64,000 nucleotides of DNA from Candidatus Cloacimonadales bacterium (GCA_963678315.1 OY782781.1:320001-384000), one strand, 5' to 3'. Shown: positions 9,867-20,734, counted from the first letter of the stretch. Notes: generated from the letters alone by a model not told the origin. Translations and numbers: made by a program.

Positions 9867-12800
9867 TTATTTTTTTGCTCTATTTGTTTTTACATTACCA
9901 ATTATTATCTTTTCAATCTCTTCTTGACTCACCTTTCTCTTTTGTGATGTAAGCTGGTTTATACGAGCTAATACCACATTATCAACATCAACATAAGCCT
10001 TTACTCTGTAGAACATATAATCACTAAAAGCTCCCACATTAACATGAGTGTAACTTAAGTCTGTTGTTGTAGCTAAGAAATAGAAGTCTTCATCAGCACT
10101 AGTATTCTGTCCATTGAAGTAAACAATATACATATCAGGTGTGATAGGGTTGTTTGCTATATCCTCAGTAACAGCATCCCAACTTATTTGAGCTGTAGTT
10201 GAAGACATAGTCAATTGCACATTTTCTGGATTTGCAGGTGGGAGATATTGACCGACACCATGTAATTGAATTACTAAAGAAGACTCATTACTAGAATTGT
10301 TTTCAATCAATAGTGTGCCATTATAGGTCTGAACTTGATCAGGTGTGAAATTAACATCTATTATGAAAGTAGCATTAGCTCCTACAAGCATATCACCACT
10401 ATCATAAACTAGGTCAAAAGCTAAGTTGTCACAAGTAATATTGCTTATTTCCAAAGGACCATTACCAATATTTGTGATTTCAATGGATGTGTAATCACTT
10501 GAATTTGTTAGATAAACTATTCCAAAATCTATCTGACTAGCAAGACTACTTTCAATAAGAGACTCTTTAATAACTTCATTTGATATTACAGGCTCAGCCA
10601 ATCTATTGTTGCTATAAACAACTTCCACTGCCCAATAATAATCGCCTAATTCTAATGTAGGAAAAGAAGTATCTTCATAAGTCAATTCTGTAATATTACT
10701 AGCAACTAATGTCCAGTTTTCAGGATTCTCTGCTTCTTCTCCAAGATAAGAATATAAGTTATAAGCTACAGCAGGTCCTCCTGTCCTTAAATCTCTTTTA
10801 CTTGCTTTGCCCTGTCTTGATGTCTTTTGCCAAGACTTACTTGCTTTTGATTGACTTTCCATTCTTGCTAATTGAGGAGCTTGCCATGATAGCTGAACTC
10901 CACTTAAATCATCATTAACTACAGCAAGAAGATTACTAGCAGGCAATAATTCTTCAAGAAGTGTCACTTCTAAGAAATTATCTTGTCCCTCTAAAACTTC
11001 AAATTCAACAACTTGCTCCTCATACCAAGGAGCTGAAACAGTTATGTTGTAGCTTGTTGCCTGAGCATTATATATATTAAATTGGCCAAGACTATTTGTG
11101 GAATAATTTCCCAGTCCAGATACATTTATGCTTGCATCAGTAATCATTTCTCCTAGACTATTCTTTACAAGACCAGTGAAATTTGTTGTTGAATTACTAA
11201 AAGTGAAATTAATTTTTGGTATAGAAGTTGATAGTTGACCACCATAAGGAATATTGGGATTTGGAGTAGTGGTATCATGCCCAAAAGATAAAGATCTATT
11301 ATTTCCACTATCAACAGTGTAGAAGTCATAATAAGTTGAATATTCTGAACTATATTCCAGGACACCTACTATTATATTATCTATATTGTTGTAGGCAAAA
11401 GGTGAATCTAGTTCTACATCAATCCAGCCAACACTAGTCAAAGTATCTACTGTAATATTAGCTACTTGTGTAAGACCCTGACTAGCCAACAGCCAATCAT
11501 TCTCTGAATCAAACTCACTCTTATTTGTATGTCCTATATATACTTTCCATTCATTAGACCCTACCAAATTACAATGATCTGTAAGATAGAAGGATAGTTT
11601 TTCAATATGTCTGTTGCCAAGATTAAGTTCTGACTGCAAGTAAATTGACTGACTATATGATCTCTTCATTTCAGGATTAATAGGTAGTGGAACATTAGTA
11701 TCCTCGCCACATCCTACACTTACTATGTTAGCTGAGCCAGTAGTAAAAGACCAGATTGGGCAATCTTCAGCATCACCATTTTCATTATAAGGGATGACCT
11801 GCCAATAGTATGTGCTATTAGCTTGGAGATTAGAAAACTCATAACTATAAACTAAACCCAAATCTTGGTTATTAATTACATTTGTTGGTGGATTATCAGT
11901 ACCCAGACTTATTCTGTAACCACTTGTATTTTCAAGATAATCATAATCCCATAGTAAGTTATCATTGAGAGATACATTATTTAGTTCATTACTTGGAGAA
12001 ATATTTATTGCATGAAGAAGTAAATCTATATTGCTATTAGCAAAGAAGGGATAAGCTCCATTAAAACTTGGATGGATGCACCAAATCTCATCACTTCCGT
12101 TTACTTCTTCTCCAATGAAATCCCAACCTGCATCTAAATATGTGTATAAACTCTTCATTTCATCTGTCGATAAGCCACTACCCCCTGCACTACTTGTTTG
12201 TCCAGAAGTCTCAATATCCCAGAAAGAGTTGTTACTTGAGCTATCATTGTTATAGCCAATTAAGCCACCGACATTACTATTACTATTACCAGTAACTAAC
12301 CCTGTTGAATAAGAATTTGCAATTGTTGAATGATAATATTGATAACCTACCATACCACCTACATTGTAATTTCCATTAACCGTTCCTGTTGTATAAGAAT
12401 TTGCAATTGTTGAATGATAATATTGATAACCTACCATACCACCTACATTGTAATTTCCATTAACTGTTCCTGTTGTATAAGAATTAGAAATTGTTGAATA
12501 ATTACCTTGATAACCTACTAAGCCACCGACCCGTCCGTTACCTTCAATATTACAATTGTCTAGACCTAGATTAGAGATATCAGCATATTCAATATAACCA
12601 AATAATCCAATATAATTTGATTCAGGTCTATTGATAGAGAGGTTAGAAATTGTGTGCCCTTGACCATCATAAGATCCTGTAAATCGATTACTATAACTAT
12701 AACCAATCGGAGAAAAGCCCAAGCCATCATATAACTCAGAAGTTGGAGATGCTTCAATATCAGCTGTTTGCAGGAAGTGTTTATCCCTGAAATAAGTATC

Positions 12801-14960
12801 TGAAGACATTCTCATCAAACAATCAAGATTTTTTATAGTGTAAGGATTATCTTCTGTCCCTAAACCATCCATTTCAGGTCTTGTTTCAAAAGTAAAATCA
12901 AAGCTTGTAGCATTGTAGTTTTCATCATACAAAAGAACTGTCCAATAATAATCAGTATAATATTCCAAGGAGTCTGTAAAAGAATAGCTTACTGGATTTG
13001 AAACAGGGCTAAAAGGTATGATAACATCATCAGGGTTAGGCGTAGGACCAAAATAAACTTCATAATATTGATAGTTATCAATAATTTCAAAACTAATGGT
13101 TGGTTTTAGTATTACATGATTACTATTGTTAGCAATTGATATATTGTTAATGTTTTGATAATAAAAAAATGGATAACCATTATTTATCCCACTATTCAAC
13201 ATCCAAATTGAATCAAAATCCCAATTTACATAAGTATCCTGATTTTGCATCTCTTCTGTAGTCTTTCCACTTCCTCCAGCACTAGAGCTTTGTCCTGAAG
13301 CCTCTATATCCCAGAAAGAGTTGTTACTTGAACTATCAGAGTTGTATCCAATTAAACCACCAACATTACCATTACCTGTAACAGCCCCAATTGAATAGGA
13401 ATTAGATATAGTTGAAAGAGATTGATATCCTACTAAGCCACCTACATAATCATCTCCTGATACTTGACCTGTTGAATAGGAATTAGAAATTGTATAAGAA
13501 GATTGATAACCTACTAAGCCACCTACATAATTATCACCTGCGACTTGACCTGTTGAATAAGAATTTGAAATTGTTGAATAAGATTGATTGCCTACTAAAC
13601 CGCCTACACGATTATCACCTTCAATATTACAATTATCTAGACCTAGATTAGAGATATCAGCTCCAATAGTATAACCAAACAAACCAACATAACTTGTTTC
13701 AGGTCTATTGATATAGAGGTTAGAAATTGTGTGATCTTGTCCATCATAAGTACCTGTAAATTTTGTTGAAGAATTGCCTATTGGAGAAAAGCCAGCTCCC
13801 TCACTTAAGTCTGATGTTGTGGAAGCATCAATGTCTGTTGTTTGGATATAGTGTTTATCCCAATAAAGGCTATTTTCCGAAACAAAGATTAGTTGGTCCA
13901 AAGTTGATATTTGATAAGGATCTGCTTCTGTACCTGACCCTAGGTTAGGATCCCACTGAGTTGTAAAAGACCAGATTTCAGATTCAGTTTCAATATTTGA
14001 AGTGTTATTAACTGCAACTACTTTCCAATAGTAAGTATTCAGGTATTCTAGTTGAGAATAATCATAGAGAGATAGGGCATTATCAACAACAACGGCATTG
14101 TTAAAGTCACTATTGTCTGCCAAGTATAAGGTGCATCTATCAGTATTTTCACTCGTAGTCCACTCTAATGAGCCAGTATTAGCTTGATTTTGTGCGCCAT
14201 TTCCAGGTAATGTTAAAACAGGCTCATCTGGAGTATTAGGGTTAATCATAGTTGAAAAAGACCAGACTCCAGATTCTGTTTCAATATTTGAGCTGTTATT
14301 AATCGCCACAACCTTCCAATAGTAAGTAGTCAGATAATCAAGTTGAGGATAATTATACGGAGATAGGGCATTTTCAACAACAATTGCATTGTTAAAGTCA
14401 CTATTGTCTGCCAAGTATAAGGTGCAACTATCAGTATTATCACCAGTTGTCCATTCTAATGAGCCAGTTAGAGCTTGGTTAAGAACAACATTTTCTGGAG
14501 ATGTAAGAATAGGTATATTTGGTGAATTTTGCATAATAGGAAACTGGATAACTTCTGAATAAGTTAGTGATGAACCACTTGCAGGCTTAGCAATTTCAAT
14601 TATATCAGATGTGTCTCCATTAACTGTAGTAATTTGGAACTTTGCTGTTGTCCCGAAAACTCCCCAAATGTCAAGGTCTGCCATTTGAACAGATAATTGG
14701 CCGGTAGTTTCGTCATAAAAAGTTGTCGAGGTATATGCATTTTCTGTGTCAGGCCAATTCCAATAGATTACTGGATTAGGTTCAAACATATCACCACCCA
14801 TAAACCCATTGTACTGCCATACTTTGAGTCCGAAAGATCCTTCACTTGGAAAGTTTCCTGATAGTGTTTCAACATTAAAAATAACATTAAAAGGTGTTCC
14901 AATACCCCAAATAAAAACAGTAATTGAGCTTAATACTAAAAGCAAAATAGTCTTCTTCAT
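9867..14960 (-). CDS. large secreted/surface protein with FN3-like repeats, two GLUG-motif beta-helix blocks, and carboxypeptidase-regulatory-like and ASH/Ig-like domains
   Basis: AGGAGG RBS before ATG 14960 followed by a signal peptide (MKKTILLL); GSGTEADPY and repeated VGGLVG...SNSYSTGxV GLUG motifs; YYWKVVA FN3-like repeats. The ORF track start at 15050 is an alternative. Confidence 0.85.
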   Translation of the reverse strand: MKKTILLLVLSSITVFIWGIGTPFNVIFNVETLSGNFPSEGSFGLKVWQYNGFMGGDMFEPNPVIYWNWPDTENAYTSTTFYDETTGQLSVQMADLDIWGVFGTTAKFQITTVNGDTSDIIEIAKPASGSSLTYSEVIQFPIMQNSPNIPILTSPENVVLNQALTGSLEWTTGDNTDSCTLYLADNSDFNNAIVVENALSPYNYPQLDYLTTYYWKVVAINNSSNIETESGVWSFSTMINPNTPDEPVLTLPGNGAQNQANTGSLEWTTSENTDRCTLYLADNSDFNNAVVVDNALSLYDYSQLEYLNTYYWKVVAVNNTSNIETESEIWSFTTQWDPNLGSGTEADPYQISTLDQLIFVSENSLYWDKHYIQTTDIDASTTSDLSEGAGFSPIGNSSTKFTGTYDGQDHTISNLYINRPETSYVGLFGYTIGADISNLGLDNCNIEGDNRVGGLVGNQSYSTISNSYSTGQVAGDNYVGGLVGYQSSYTISNSYSTGQVSGDDYVGGLVGYQSLSTISNSYSIGAVTGNGNVGGLIGYNSDSSSNNSFWDIEASGQSSSAGGSGKTTEEMQNQDTYVNWDFDSIWMLNSGINNGYPFFYYQNINNISIANNSNHVILKPTISFEIIDNYQYYEVYFGPTPNPDDVIIPFSPVSNPVSYSFTDSLEYYTDYYWTVLLYDENYNATSFDFTFETRPEMDGLGTEDNPYTIKNLDCLMRMSSDTYFRDKHFLQTADIEASPTSELYDGLGFSPIGYSYSNRFTGSYDGQGHTISNLSINRPESNYIGLFGYIEYADISNLGLDNCNIEGNGRVGGLVGYQGNYSTISNSYTTGTVNGNYNVGGMVGYQYYHSTIANSYTTGTVNGNYNVGGMVGYQYYHSTIANSYSTGLVTGNSNSNVGGLIGYNNDSSSNNSFWDIETSGQTSSAGGSGLSTDEMKSLYTYLDAGWDFIGEEVNGSDEIWCIHPSFNGAYPFFANSNIDLLLHAINISPSNELNNVSLNDNLLWDYDYLENTSGYRISLGTDNPPTNVINNQDLGLVYSYEFSNLQANSTYYWQVIPYNENGDAEDCPIWSFTTGSANIVSVGCGEDTNVPLPINPEMKRSYSQSIYLQSELNLGNRHIEKLSFYLTDHCNLVGSNEWKVYIGHTNKSEFDSENDWLLASQGLTQVANITVDTLTSVGWIDVELDSPFAYNNIDNIIVGVLEYSSEYSTYYDFYTVDSGNNRSLSFGHDTTTPNPNIPYGGQLSTSIPKINFTFSNSTTNFTGLVKNSLGEMITDASINVSGLGNYSTNSLGQFNIYNAQATSYNITVSAPWYEEQVVEFEVLEGQDNFLEVTLLEELLPASNLLAVVNDDLSGVQLSWQAPQLARMESQSKASKSWQKTSRQGKASKRDLRTGGPAVAYNLYSYLGEEAENPENWTLVASNITELTYEDTSFPTLELGDYYWAVEVVYSNNRLAEPVISNEVIKESLIESSLASQIDFGIVYLTNSSDYTSIEITNIGNGPLEISNITCDNLAFDLVYDSGDMLVGANATFIIDVNFTPDQVQTYNGTLLIENNSSNESSLVIQLHGVGQYLPPANPENVQLTMSSTTAQISWDAVTEDIANNPITPDMYIVYFNGQNTSADEDFYFLATTTDLSYTHVNVGAFSDYMFYRVKAYVDVDNVVLARINQLTSQKRKVSQEEIEKIIIGNVKTNRAKK
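12309..12485 (-). repeat. near-exact 84-bp (28-aa) intragenic tandem repeat
   Basis: YTTGTVNGNYNVGGMVGYQYYHSTIANS occurs twice; ATAAGAATTTGC at 12309 and 12393. Confidence 0.92.
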
Positions 14961-15238
14961 ATATCCTCCTAAGATAGAAAAGTCCATATTTTTTATTATA
15001 TTTTCTTTGTTATCATGTATGCCAGGTTTCTTTAAATGAGGTAGAGACATGGTAACTCCTGTATATTAATTACTATAAAATGTCATTCTTGAATGCTTGT
15101 CAATAGAAATATTTAAACTATTGTAAATATTATTTGACTTTGTTAAATGTTCTATTTTTCAACTATTCATTGTTCATTATTAAATCATGGTTAAAGGTGG
15201 AAATATTCTTCTTAGGGCATGCTTTGTTTATTGTTTCT

Positions 15239-15617
15239 AATTCACTTATAACTGCGTTCTAAGTGAAGCCAGCTCGGAGGCTGGCGACCCCAGTATAAGC
15301 CAGCAGGACCTTGTCAGGCTAGATTGATGGTTTAAATCTCAAATCCTTTGATACCCTGTAAGGGTTAATCAACAAAGAGCCCTGGGTTTCAACCCTGGGT
15401 GAGAATAGAAGTGTTTGAGACCTTATGCTAAACGTCTATTCTTATTCACTTATTAACAACTGCGTTCTAAGTGAAGCCAGCAGGGACGCTGGCGCTCCCA
15501 GTATTAGCCAGCTATCCGGCAGTAGCCGGACTAAAGGCAAAGCGTTCCCAGTCACTCCTAACTCCGTCCTTACTTGCCTCTTTAAAAAAAAGACGATTTT
15601 TCAATGAGGCTAGTAAC
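15239..15617. repeat. mosaic palindromic repeat island 2
   Basis: Two copies of the TTCACTTA..TAAGTGAAGCCAGC..GCTGGC module (15239-15294, 15444-15502); block 15305-15502 matches 9609-9802; TTACTTGCCTC..GAGGCTAGTAA hairpin at 15570-15616. Confidence 0.88.
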
Positions 15618-15766
15618 CGTGTAGTAACCTTTCTAAAAAAAACAACTAGCTTTACGGATAGTATCCCCTTCCAGCCACTATTGCTTAAGGTTGAACTTTG
15701 CTAATTTTATTTGACAGTCCAAAATCATCATTGATAATTGACATATTACAAGATTTGGGAGAAGTA

Positions 15767-17428
15767 ATGAAACATAAAATTTTACTGTTATTGTTATTGC
15801 TTATATTGGGTCCATGCTTTGCAAAACAATACTACATAGATAATTTAGAAAGTGATATATATATCAATATTGATGGTTCAATGCGTGTTTATGAGAAACT
15901 TTCTTATGTTTTTGAGAGCGGTTCTTTTAGATATATAAGTAGGGATGTTTCGGCACCAAGGGATGGTTTTAATTTACTGGAAGAAGTAAAAGTTGATGGA
16001 CAAGTAATTCCCTTTCACGATAATTCTGAGGAAATTGAATATCGACGTTCACCCCATTTAAAGGTCAAATACCACTTTGATGCTATATCTAAGGCTAAAA
16101 AAGAATTTGAGTTAACTTATTTTGTGGGAAATGCTATCAAGATTAATCATGACCAAGCTATCTTAGATTGGCGAATTTTCAGGAATAAAAAGAATAATAT
16201 TGTCCGCAATGGAATTGTTAGAGTTCATATTCCTGAAGGTATAGACTTTGATGAGATAGTAAGTTATTGTAATTCAGAAGATGGTGTTACAACTATTGAA
16301 AGAGATTCTACTGTAACTTTTACTTTCAATGATTATAAGAAGAAAAGTTTATCTATTGAGATTCATATGCCTGCTAAGTACTTCAAAACAGTGAAATACC
16401 CAATACCTAATTCTTTAAAGAAGATGTATCAAATTGACCCTGATATGCGTAGGTATTCCAAGCAATATTTTAATGTTCTTTACTTTTTGCTAGCATACCT
16501 TGCTTTCATAATTTATTACATTTCTAGACAAGCTTATAAACGTTCAAAATCTATGCCAGAAATTACTAATCTACCTAACAATGACCACCCTTCTTTAGTT
16601 GCAAGATTACTAGTGCTAGGATCTAATGAGATTAATCTTATCCCTGTATTAATGCAGATGGCAATTAAAAAAATAATTACTTTTACTCAAATGGAAAAAG
16701 CTAATGGTAAGAAAATAAAAAATTATTGGATTGATATAAATGAAGATGCTAGTAATATTGATGTCTTTGATAAAGTTTATCTTGAAGCATTAAAAAAGGA
16801 AGGAGCTAGGAAGAATAAAAGAGTTGAGCTAAAGGCTTTTATTAACTCTTCTTCTCGATATAAAAAAGAAATAACAGCTGTTATAAAAGTTGAATTTGAT
16901 AAAAGAGCCTATATTGACACTCAGAAAAAGAAGTCTTTTAATATAGCTTTAACAATCTTCTTTTTACTATTATTTAGTCTGGTTGCTTCTTTAATAGCAG
17001 GATTAGCCATGTTCTCACCTGACAGACTACTTGCACCTTTACCTGCCCTTATCATTGCTTTTGCTTGGATAACTTCATTTCTATATATAGATGAATACAA
17101 AATACTTACACCAGCAGGTCAGGCTGAATGGTCCTCTTGGAAAGCATATAAGAAATACATCTCTAAGAAAATTAATAATAAAAAAAGTGACCTTTCACCT
17201 GAGAATGCTGAAAAGATTTTCCCATATCTCTTATTAATGGGATTAGGACAGCCTTATTTCAACTACTTCAAGAAAAAAGGGATTGCTTTAGACTTCCCTA
17301 ATTTAGGCGAGATTGCTCAAGACATGGAAGCAATGAATGCACTATTAACAGTTGTAGTTGTAACCAATATTTCTGCGACTTCAGGAGGCGTTTCTGGAGG
17401 AGGTGGAGGTGGAACAGGAGCAGGTTGA
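15767..17428 (+). CDS. DUF2207-family predicted membrane protein
   Basis: Signal peptide from ATG 15767 (GGAGA RBS, TTGACA at 15711); INIDGSMRVYEKLSY, TPAGQAEWSSWKAYKKY, and a Gly-rich GGGGGG C-terminus. Confidence 0.82.
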   Translation: MKHKILLLLLLLILGPCFAKQYYIDNLESDIYINIDGSMRVYEKLSYVFESGSFRYISRDVSAPRDGFNLLEEVKVDGQVIPFHDNSEEIEYRRSPHLKVKYHFDAISKAKKEFELTYFVGNAIKINHDQAILDWRIFRNKKNNIVRNGIVRVHIPEGIDFDEIVSYCNSEDGVTTIERDSTVTFTFNDYKKKSLSIEIHMPAKYFKTVKYPIPNSLKKMYQIDPDMRRYSKQYFNVLYFLLAYLAFIIYYISRQAYKRSKSMPEITNLPNNDHPSLVARLLVLGSNEINLIPVLMQMAIKKIITFTQMEKANGKKIKNYWIDINEDASNIDVFDKVYLEALKKEGARKNKRVELKAFINSSSRYKKEITAVIKVEFDKRAYIDTQKKKSFNIALTIFFLLLFSLVASLIAGLAMFSPDRLLAPLPALIIAFAWITSFLYIDEYKILTPAGQAEWSSWKAYKKYISKKINNKKSDLSPENAEKIFPYLLLMGLGQPYFNYFKKKGIALDFPNLGEIAQDMEAMNALLTVVVVTNISATSGGVSGGGGGGTGAG

Positions 17429-17511
17429 TTTAGTTTAAAGCAACAAAAAACTTGACTTTATTAGCAGACCATTAAAATAAGCGCTAAATAATTCAAAAAA
17501 GGAGAAAGCTT

Positions 17512-18192
17512 ATGTTTTTCTTTGACCCAACAATGGTAATTATCTTACCTGCAATTATTTTAGCACTATGGGCTAACTCATTAGTTAAAAGTAATTATAA
17601 TAAATATTCAAAATATAGAAACAGAATTGGGATGACAGGTCAGCAAGTTGCCAGAAGAATACTGGATAGGAATGAACTTCAAGATGTGGAAATAGAAGCA
17701 ATAGAAGGTCAATTAACCGACCATTATGACCCTCGTTCTAGAAAAGTTAGATTATCTCAAGAGGTATATCATAGAGATTCTGTTTCTGCCATGTCTATTG
17801 CAGCTCATGAGGTAGGGCATGCTATCCAACACGCTCAGGGCTATAAACCTTTACAAATTAGACATTCGATATTCCCAGTAGCTAGACTAGGTTCTGGAGC
17901 AGCCTTCCCTCTTTTTATTGCAGGTTTCTTCTTTAATTTTCCTTTACTAATGAATGTTGGAATAATCTTTTTTGTGGGAGCTTTAGCCTTCCAAATAGTT
18001 ACTCTTCCAGTAGAATTTAACGCCTCAAGTAGAGCTTTCAAACAACTTGATGGAGATATGGTAGTAGATCCAAATGAAATGGCTGGAGTTAAAAAAGTTC
18101 TAAATGCTGCAGCCTTGACCTATGTAGCTGGAGCCTTGATGGCATTACTTCAACTAATTAGACTACTTATTCTTAGAGATTCTAGAGACTAA
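17512..18192 (+). CDS. neutral zinc metallopeptidase, YugP-like membrane protein
   Basis: LTDHYDP, AAHEVGHAIQH, TLPVEFNAS, AAALTYVA. Confidence 0.92.
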   Translation: MFFFDPTMVIILPAIILALWANSLVKSNYNKYSKYRNRIGMTGQQVARRILDRNELQDVEIEAIEGQLTDHYDPRSRKVRLSQEVYHRDSVSAMSIAAHEVGHAIQHAQGYKPLQIRHSIFPVARLGSGAAFPLFIAGFFFNFPLLMNVGIIFFVGALAFQIVTLPVEFNASSRAFKQLDGDMVVDPNEMAGVKKVLNAAALTYVAGALMALLQLIRLLILRDSRD

Positions 18193-18194
18193 AT

Positions 18195-18656
18195 ATGAGA
18201 GCAAAATTTATCCTAACTGTTGATTCTAATAAATTAGCTAAATGGCTGCGACTTCTAGGCTATGATAGCAAAGTAATTAAGTCTATTTCTATCTTAAATA
18301 TGATTAGAATAGCTAAGAAAGAAAAGAGAATCATTGTTTCTAGAAGCAAAGAAGTATTGAAGCATCCTCTAGACTTTGAAAGAATATTTATTCATTCAAA
18401 TGATCCAAAAGAACAACTTCAAGAAATGAAAGAGATAATTAGCTTTGACAGTAATCAGCTTTTCACTCGCTGTCCTGAAGATAACAATGAGTTAAAATCT
18501 ATAGAAAAAGAAAAAATCTTGCATCTTATCCCTGAGAAAGTTGCAAATAGCTTTCATGACTTCAAGGTCTGCCAAAAGTGTGGAAGAGTATATTGGCATG
18601 GAAGTCACTTCAAAGATATTGAATCTGAGTTGAAAAAAGTTCTAAAGATTATCTAA
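18195..18656 (+). CDS. Mut7-C RNase (PIN-like + Zn ribbon) domain protein
   Basis: LAKWLRLLGYD, FTRCPEDN, CQKCGRVYWHGSH. Confidence 0.9.
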   Translation: MRAKFILTVDSNKLAKWLRLLGYDSKVIKSISILNMIRIAKKEKRIIVSRSKEVLKHPLDFERIFIHSNDPKEQLQEMKEIISFDSNQLFTRCPEDNNELKSIEKEKILHLIPEKVANSFHDFKVCQKCGRVYWHGSHFKDIESELKKVLKII

Positions 18657-18787
18657 TCGATTTATTTTCTAGATTATGAAAGTACAAAAATTACTTGGTC
18701 AAATAGCCTTGTAATCTAAAATGATTGACACGATAGCCCTATAAATTCCTCTAGTTCATAGAATATATTGAAGGAATATAAAATTAG

Positions 18788-20734
18788 ATGGAAATTGTAG
18801 AGTATTTTGATGGTAATGATATTCAGATAAGTAAGAAGATTGAGACTATAGACAACAAAGTTATTTTAGAAAATAGCAATAAAAAACGTTCTAAATTGAA
18901 TGTTAACAGAGTAGTCTTTACCCATTCAATTAGTGGCAAAGCAAGTACAGACCAAGCAATCAAATGGCTTTTGTCAGAAGTATCTAAAATTAAAGAGACT
19001 ATTGATATCTTCGATTTATGGGAGTTAGCTGTTGAAGAAATAAAAGAATACTCAATTGAAGAGTTAAGTTCAATAATCTTTACTGATGCCATTACTATTG
19101 AGAAATCTTCATTATTTCATCTGATTAGAGATGAAAATCTACATTTCAAGAGAAAAGGTTTAAATTATATTCCAAGGACCAAGGAACAAATAGAAGAAAT
19201 TCTTGTTCAAAGAGATAAAGAATCTAAGAAACAAGAAATATTAGATTTCTACAATAACAATTTAACTCTCGCAATTAGTGGACAAGAAGTAAAAGATAAG
19301 AAGATTTTTAATATTCTGAAAGACTGGTTAAAGAAGCTTGAGAATGAAGAACTAACTTCTATTTTAACTAAATTTGCTAATGGACAAGACCCTAGGATAT
19401 TTGTTTATAATCTATTAAAGAAAAACAATCAGATTAGCCAAGATGCAGACAGATTTGCTACAATCTATGGCTTTGATATTGAATTTGAAGTAGAAGAAAT
19501 TGCTTCTGCATCTCAGATTGAAATAGATATGACAAATAGAGATGATTTCACTAATGTTACAACATTCACTATTGATTCTGCTGACACTAAAGAAATTGAT
19601 GATGCTATTTCTATTGAAAGAGTTGAAAATGGTTTTGTTCTAGGAATTCATATTGCAGATGTTGCTTCTCATATTGAAAGAGATTCTATCTTAGATAATT
19701 TGGCAAGCAAAAGGCTATCTACTTTATATTTAGAAACTGGCGAAATCCTAATGCTACCCAAAGAGCTTAGTCATGAGAAACTTAGTCTAAATCTTGGACA
19801 AGATAGACCAGCTTTTAGTGTGATATTGCAACTTGATAATGAATTTGAGATTGTAGAGAGTCAGGTAAAATTAACTAAAGTTAAGGTTACAAATAAAATA
19901 TCTTACAAGGAAGTTGATAAGATTTTAAGAAAAGGTGGTCAAAGCTTTGATCAACTCTCTTTAATAGAGAAAATTACTTCTAAATGGAGAAAGAAAAGAT
20001 TTGATTTAGGAGCTATTGAGATAAATAGACCTGAAATACAGCTTCATGTTAATGGGGATGATATTGAATTGGAGATTCTTAACAGAAGGTCAAAATCAAG
20101 AAGCATGATTAGTGAGTTAATGATTATGATGAATTCCTTTGTAGCTAACTATGCTAATAATAATAATATTCCACTTCTTTATAGAGTTCAAGAAGCCCCA
20201 GATCCTGATTATAAACACTTCTTAAATTATGATTATTATGACCCAGTTTTGAATGATAAACTTATCAGGTTAATTCGTCCATCCTTTTTAACAAGTGTGG
20301 CATCTACACATTACGGGCTAGGTGTTGAAGCCTATACCCAAATAACTTCTCCTTTAAGAAGATATTTTGATTTGATGATGCAAAGTCAGATTTCATCTTT
20401 TATAAAGACTGGAAAAGTGATTTATTCTGAAGAAGACTTGCTAGGATTCATAGATTATATGACAGACAATAACAAGAAAAGAAATGAGATGTATAGCAAA
20501 TCTTTCAATTACTGGTTCCAAAAATATCTAGAAAATAATAGTATGTATGAGCCTATTGAAGCTGTTATTGTTGGAGAAAATCATAATTCTTTCACCTGTG
20601 AGCTATTAAAATATGGCAAGCGTTTTCCAGTAAAATCTCCTTATCAGCACCAAATTGGAGACCTTGTGTCTTTGTTAATTGATAAAGTAGATCCTGAGAA
20701 AGATGTTCTCAGATTTTCTATAATGAGCGATTAG
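18788..20734 (+). CDS. RNB-domain exoribonuclease (RNase II/R family)
   Basis: TIDSADTKEIDDAIS, IHIADV, HYGLG..YTQITSPLRRY. Confidence 0.92.
   Translation: MEIVEYFDGNDIQISKKIETIDNKVILENSNKKRSKLNVNRVVFTHSISGKASTDQAIKWLLSEVSKIKETIDIFDLWELAVEEIKEYSIEELSSIIFTDAITIEKSSLFHLIRDENLHFKRKGLNYIPRTKEQIEEILVQRDKESKKQEILDFYNNNLTLAISGQEVKDKKIFNILKDWLKKLENEELTSILTKFANGQDPRIFVYNLLKKNNQISQDADRFATIYGFDIEFEVEEIASASQIEIDMTNRDDFTNVTTFTIDSADTKEIDDAISIERVENGFVLGIHIADVASHIERDSILDNLASKRLSTLYLETGEILMLPKELSHEKLSLNLGQDRPAFSVILQLDNEFEIVESQVKLTKVKVTNKISYKEVDKILRKGGQSFDQLSLIEKITSKWRKKRFDLGAIEINRPEIQLHVNGDDIELEILNRRSKSRSMISELMIMMNSFVANYANNNNIPLLYRVQEAPDPDYKHFLNYDYYDPVLNDKLIRLIRPSFLTSVASTHYGLGVEAYTQITSPLRRYFDLMMQSQISSFIKTGKVIYSEEDLLGFIDYMTDNNKKRNEMYSKSFNYWFQKYLENNSMYEPIEAVIVGENHNSFTCELLKYGKRFPVKSPYQHQIGDLVSLLIDKVDPEKDVLRFSIMSD

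Noticed and set aside
15425..15766. Short ORFs 15425..15607 and 15471..15704, and the TTG start at 15698
   Set aside because: They lie in repeat or promoter DNA; the DUF2207 gene has a better RBS and signal peptide from 15767
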